A stretch of DNA of 64,000 nucleotides from Promethearchaeota archaeon (lineage in GTDB: Archaea; Asgardarchaeota; Lokiarchaeia; Sigyniarchaeales; SOKP01). The position numbers and the translations under genes are program-made. A model generated the notes under the pieces. It did no database searches. It saw nothing but the letters and a program-made list of their open reading frames with translations, and was not told the DNA's origin. The DNA lies in assembly GCA_048938855.1 (NCBI GenBank), contig JBHLLT010000001.1, positions 96,001-160,000 of the forward strand, read 5' to 3'. Shown here one piece after another: positions 59,559-64,000 of the stretch (the first letter of the stretch is position 1; each line of letters opens with the position of its first letter).

Positions 59559-61217
59559 TTATCTTAAACAAAAACCACATTTTCCAAACGATTTTATAGT
59601 CTGCTCCCAGCAATGATTATGATAAGCTCGATTACAATGTGGGCATTCTGTATGACAACTGTCATCTCCAGCTATTTTTTTAGTACAACTAGGACATTCA
59701 ATTTTGTGGCATATAACACATGAAACCACTGATACTTCGAAAATCTTTTTTGAAATTAAATTAAATAAATCAACGAGATAACTAAAGGGGGTCCATTCTT
59801 TAAAAAAATCATTGAAGGAGGCATGTAAATCATTCTTAATTTTTTCATGAGCTTCAAGTTCAAATTCATTAATAACCTTCACTTCTGGCATTTTCATTGG
59901 ATAATCAATTGGCAGATTAATTTGAAAGTTAAATGTAAGATCTTCTGTCTTCATTTTTCCCTTCATTTCAACATTTAAAGTGGCTGTTGTTTGATCAAAT
60001 TTTATGTTTTTATAATGATCCTTTAATAAATCAATTTCAAAATTAATTCTTGAATTTTTATCGACTAACCAGGAGATTTCTCTGATGATTTCAACTGGTT
60101 CAGTTTCATTTTCCATCCAACCTTGATAAGCGTTTAATTCCTCAATAGGTTTTTTAATAATATCCAGTAATTCAGGATCCAATTCAATAATCGGAGGATT
60201 TGGATAGGGATCTAAATCAATTTCCATTATATACTCTTTAAATCCATAAGTCAGTAGATTGACCTTCAATTTTGTTAAACTATTCGGAATATTTTCACAT
60301 TGATACTCTCCAGATATTTTCTTAGACTGTATTTCAATTTCTTTTACAAAAAAGAGTTTCTTTTCTAACTCATGTAATACGTCTACAATATGTGGAGACT
60401 TTTTGGAATCCCATTCTTTTAAATTGTCAATTGATGTATAAGGATCTCCTAAAATACTCCTTGTCTCGTCTGAGAATGTTATGATTGGTCTTTCTGGATA
60501 ATTCATGAAATCTATTGTAATTATAAATGTTTTTGTAAGAGTTATAGTTATATAAATATTGACTACTGCTCGCCTAGAATCAATTTGATCATAAGCATAT
60601 TCTTGTTGAATTAAACTAAGTTCGGTGTTGATAAGCACCCCTAAATCTTCACTATCTTCTATTATATATTCATCTTGAACTATATTCGATCCTAAATTTT
60701 GTCTAAGTTCTTGAGGTGAACTACTTGATGAATTGTCTGTATAAAATAAATCATCTGTCTTTTCTAGGGAAGTGATATTTTCATCATATTGAAAATCTGG
60801 AGGATAAGCATTTAGATCGGGCGTTATAAATTCTTCTTCTTCGGTTGTAATTTTATTAACATATTCATCACTTATACTTTTTTCTTCTACATCTTTTTCT
60901 AAAGATTTAACAGCACTTTCAATTTTAGATCTCAACTCTTCAACAACATCAACTACAGTAGAGTTTGGTGTCCATTTAATTAAATTATTTAACTGAAAAT
61001 CACCTAATAATTTAGTTATTTCATTATGATAAATCATTTGAGGAGGAGAATTTGGAAACTCATCATCAAATTTAATCTCTAACTCATACTTTTTATCTTG
61101 AGCTTCATAAACATAACCATAAAGGTGTGATATTTCACCTGAAACCATCCAAAATGAAAACTCTTTGGCTATTTTTTGAGCTTCTCTTAATATTCTTTGC
61201 CTATCCATAAAAGTCAC
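59559..61217 (-). CDS. Multi-UBC-like (UEV/RWD) domain protein with C-terminal RING-type zinc finger; putative E3 ligase
   Basis: Four repeats with (F/Y)PxxP and later W..(V/L)xx(V/I/L) motifs; Cys/His-rich C-terminus CVIC..CPHC..HNHC..CGFC. Confidence 0.7.
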   Translation of the reverse strand: MTFMDRQRILREAQKIAKEFSFWMVSGEISHLYGYVYEAQDKKYELEIKFDDEFPNSPPQMIYHNEITKLLGDFQLNNLIKWTPNSTVVDVVEELRSKIESAVKSLEKDVEEKSISDEYVNKITTEEEEFITPDLNAYPPDFQYDENITSLEKTDDLFYTDNSSSSSPQELRQNLGSNIVQDEYIIEDSEDLGVLINTELSLIQQEYAYDQIDSRRAVVNIYITITLTKTFIITIDFMNYPERPIITFSDETRSILGDPYTSIDNLKEWDSKKSPHIVDVLHELEKKLFFVKEIEIQSKKISGEYQCENIPNSLTKLKVNLLTYGFKEYIMEIDLDPYPNPPIIELDPELLDIIKKPIEELNAYQGWMENETEPVEIIREISWLVDKNSRINFEIDLLKDHYKNIKFDQTTATLNVEMKGKMKTEDLTFNFQINLPIDYPMKMPEVKVINEFELEAHEKIKNDLHASFNDFFKEWTPFSYLVDLFNLISKKIFEVSVVSCVICHKIECPSCTKKIAGDDSCHTECPHCNRAYHNHCWEQTIKSFGKCGFCLR

Positions 61218-61321
61218 ATTGAAATTAAATAAATTTAATTCTTTATAAACAAAGATAAAATTTTATCTTAAATGTATTTGCACATATTGGATTATTATAT
61301 TTTTTAATATTAAAAAAGAGT

Positions 61322-62848
61322 TCAAATTTGAGAATTTGAATTCTTAAATATTAAACTTCTTAATAAAGCAATGAAATCTTTAATTTCTTTGAAAGTTACT
61401 GCCTTTAATAACAATATTACAATCAAAAATATACCAAAATAAAATCCTGAAAATACTAATAATATCAATACATTGGTTAGATTAAATTGAAAGAAGAGAT
61501 TAATAAGATAGATAAATACCAGCACAGAGGCTGCTGAAATTACATATTTAAATATTGTGGGCAACATATTTGAATCAAAATTTATCTTATTTTTTTTCTT
61601 TACCAAGATGGTTGAATATATTGTATATATTGAATTTGGAATCATTATTGATAATATTGCACCCACAGTGTAAAAAATAGGGATTAAGATGAAACTTAAG
61701 GTGATGGTAAAAACAGAGGCAATAGCGTAAAGTTTATATACTAGCTTTGGTTCGTTAGAAGCCCATAAGAAATAACCCCCAGCTACATCAATTATGTTGA
61801 TATTAAGAAAAAATATATACAACTTTAGATAATCAGCAACAGGAGCATAACTAGGAGCAAACATTAATGCAATTAAAGGATCTGAGAAAAATAGAAAATA
61901 AAAAGATATTGGAATTGTTAACAACAAACCATATTTAAAAATTAAATTATAAATTGTCTGAATCTTTCCTCTTTCCTCAGGCACATCTTTTTGAATATAA
62001 TGAGAAACATAGGGGAGTATAAATCTCGAGAAAATTATTGCAGGGATGGAAAAACTCACAATCATCCATTGTACAATCGTATAATATGCTATTTCACTGT
62101 CATCATAAGCAGCTAAGATAAATTGATTAGAGTATGTGATAACATTTTGAAAAAATACATAAAGAAAAATAAAAATTGAAAATTTCAAGAGAGTTCTCGA
62201 TAACTCACGATTAAATTTAAAAAAGGATGATAAGTAATTGTATTTAATTTGAGCAAAAATTAAGATTACAATTAATTGAATTAACAGGGCAAAGGAAAAT
62301 AACATGACAATTTGAGGCAATGACATATTAACAATAAAGATAAAACTTACAATGATAACTTTTATCACTTTAGAAAAGATAAATGATATAGCGAATAGAT
62401 TAAATTTCCATAAACCTTGAAATATGCTTTCAAAATAATTAACAATATTATTAGAAATTAAGATTAAGGAGGTAAATTTTAGGACAATACCTAGACCTGG
62501 CATATGATAGAATGATTCGAATAAATCAGCACATAAAAAGAGTATTACTGAAAATATTAACGTAAACAGAATAATCCATTTTAATCCTTCAGAAAATAAT
62601 TTAACAAGTTTATTTGGATCTTTATCTTTTTCTGCTGATAATTGCTGGATTATAGTTGTACTTAACCCTACATTTGAAAAAATTGTAAAAAAAGTTAAAA
62701 ATGTCAAAGAAAACTGATAAACCGCATATTCTCCAGGAGGAAAATTATGTGTTAATATTAAAACAATTAATAAATTGGATATAAAGGCTATTAATAAAGT
62801 GATTGAAATTATAAAAAAACTCTTGAATGCCTCTTGTTTATTCTTCAT
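61322..62848 (-). CDS. Oligosaccharide flippase (Wzx/MOP family)
   Basis: About 14 TM segments; MOP-type pattern (..PGEYAVY.., GLSTTIIQ, ..IAYY..). Confidence 0.85.
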   Translation of the reverse strand: MKNKQEAFKSFFIISITLLIAFISNLLIVLILTHNFPPGEYAVYQFSLTFLTFFTIFSNVGLSTTIIQQLSAEKDKDPNKLVKLFSEGLKWIILFTLIFSVILFLCADLFESFYHMPGLGIVLKFTSLILISNNIVNYFESIFQGLWKFNLFAISFIFSKVIKVIIVSFIFIVNMSLPQIVMLFSFALLIQLIVILIFAQIKYNYLSSFFKFNRELSRTLLKFSIFIFLYVFFQNVITYSNQFILAAYDDSEIAYYTIVQWMIVSFSIPAIIFSRFILPYVSHYIQKDVPEERGKIQTIYNLIFKYGLLLTIPISFYFLFFSDPLIALMFAPSYAPVADYLKLYIFFLNINIIDVAGGYFLWASNEPKLVYKLYAIASVFTITLSFILIPIFYTVGAILSIMIPNSIYTIYSTILVKKKNKINFDSNMLPTIFKYVISAASVLVFIYLINLFFQFNLTNVLILLVFSGFYFGIFLIVILLLKAVTFKEIKDFIALLRSLIFKNSNSQI

Positions 62849-63099
62849 TTTAATTTCAAGATTGCTATTTTTTCTTTAATAGATGTAATATTTTTATTGA
62901 TCTTTATTTTCCAATTAAAAGAAATTGTAAATATAATAATATTTGATTTAAAATAACTATTTTCAATATTATTCTATTTAATGTAAATTACCAACTTTTT
63001 TTGTCTATATCAATTTTTAGAATTAATTTTATCAAAAAAGAATAATTAAAAATATAAAGTTAAAACCTAAATCGCTTAATAATAAATTAATGGTTAAAA

Positions 63100-63969
63100 T
63101 TGCCCTCAAATCATACTCAAAAGCTTCCAAATTTTTTATGCATTGGAGCTGAAAGAAGCGGTACTACGTGGTTATATGAAGTGCTAAAAAATCATCCAGA
63201 GGTTTATTTATATCCTTACCTTAAAGAGATTAATTTTTTTAGTGAACATTATAAAAAGGGATTGAATTGGTATAAACAATTTTTTGTGAACTCACAAAAA
63301 TTTTCATATAAAGCAATTGGAGATATTTCTCCTCAATATTTTCACGAAAAGGAAACCTCGTCTCGTGTTGCTAATGATCTGCCAGATGTTCGTTTTATTT
63401 TGATTTTAAGAAATCCTGTGAATAGGGCTTTTTCTGAATATACTTATAATAAATTGATTTTGAACATAGAAGATTCTTTTATGGAATTCTTGAAGAAAAG
63501 ATCTCGTGCATACGAAATTGGATTTTATTCTCAGCATCTCAAAAGGTGGTTTGAAGTTTTTCCAAAAGATCAATTTTTAATATTTATATTTGAAGAAATG
63601 ATGGATGATAAAATTAAGTCCTTAAAGAAAATATCCGATTTTTTGAATATTCAATTTAATCTTTTTGATAGGAATATCGTTTTGAGTAAAATTCATTCCT
63701 CTGATATTCCTAGATTCCATGGATTATATACTCATGGATACAAAGTTGCTAGTAAAATGAATGAATATCTTGTCTCGAAGGATTTATATCTAATTTCATC
63801 AAATCTTAAGCGATTTAAAAAATTGTTTGATTTATTTAGTAGTAAAAGTGAGAAAGAAAAGATAAATCCGATCTTACAGAAGAAACTGTATTTAAATTAT
63901 AAAGAAGATATTCTAGAATTAGAAAATATATTAGGGAGAGATTTAAATCACTGGAAATTTGAAGATTAA
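63100..63969 (+). CDS. PAPS-dependent sulfotransferase
   Basis: 5'-PSB loop PNFLCIGAERSGTTWL, KEINFF, SPQY, 3'-PB LRNPVNRAFSEY. Confidence 0.9.
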   Translation: MPSNHTQKLPNFLCIGAERSGTTWLYEVLKNHPEVYLYPYLKEINFFSEHYKKGLNWYKQFFVNSQKFSYKAIGDISPQYFHEKETSSRVANDLPDVRFILILRNPVNRAFSEYTYNKLILNIEDSFMEFLKKRSRAYEIGFYSQHLKRWFEVFPKDQFLIFIFEEMMDDKIKSLKKISDFLNIQFNLFDRNIVLSKIHSSDIPRFHGLYTHGYKVASKMNEYLVSKDLYLISSNLKRFKKLFDLFSSKSEKEKINPILQKKLYLNYKEDILELENILGRDLNHWKFED

Positions 63970-64000
63970 GCTGATCTCTTTAATTTTATCTGATTTATTA

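Noticed and set aside
1-64000. tRNA/rRNA genes, transposases, integrases
   Set aside because: No GC-rich structured RNA segments or mobile-element motifs were seen by eye; tRNAscan/Infernal were not run.

Overview
Very AT-rich archaeal DNA, most likely from an Asgard archaeon of the Lokiarchaeia type. This is inferred from the archaeal-type TyrRS, PheRS, IleRS and CoaD, a tungsten AOR, SCP2 proteins, a Vps29-like protein and a multi-E2-fold RING protein. Bases 1-25.4 kb hold housekeeping and catabolic genes: acdA, two tandem TyrRS of different subtypes, ppdK, an AOR-acyl-CoA ligase-SCP2-HAD operon, DUF1512, coaD with an apparent ATT start, a four-repeat cassette-type surface protein, and pheST-chorismate mutase-bacterial-type rph. 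Bases 25.4-64 kb are a large glycan-modification locus. It contains five GT4 glycosyltransferases, four NDP-sugar epimerases/dehydratases, three methyltransferases, four non-canonical 'sulfatase-like' enzymes, an RHH-sat-NPP-cysC sulfate-activation operon, a heptose operon with its own non-oxidative pentose-phosphate genes, an ABC-2 exporter, a flippase and a PAPS sulfotransferase. ileS and a FANCL/BRE-like protein interrupt this locus. Best candidates for novelty are (1) a possible sulfo-relay for a sulfated, heptose-containing glycan, in which a small RHH protein carries a sulfatase-type 'RLRDLGY' tail that the enzymes here lack, and (2) a 4x E2-like + C4HC3-RING protein with FANCL-like architecture. 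No tRNA, rRNA, CRISPR array or mobile element was recognised. All calls come from reading motifs by eye; no searches were run.
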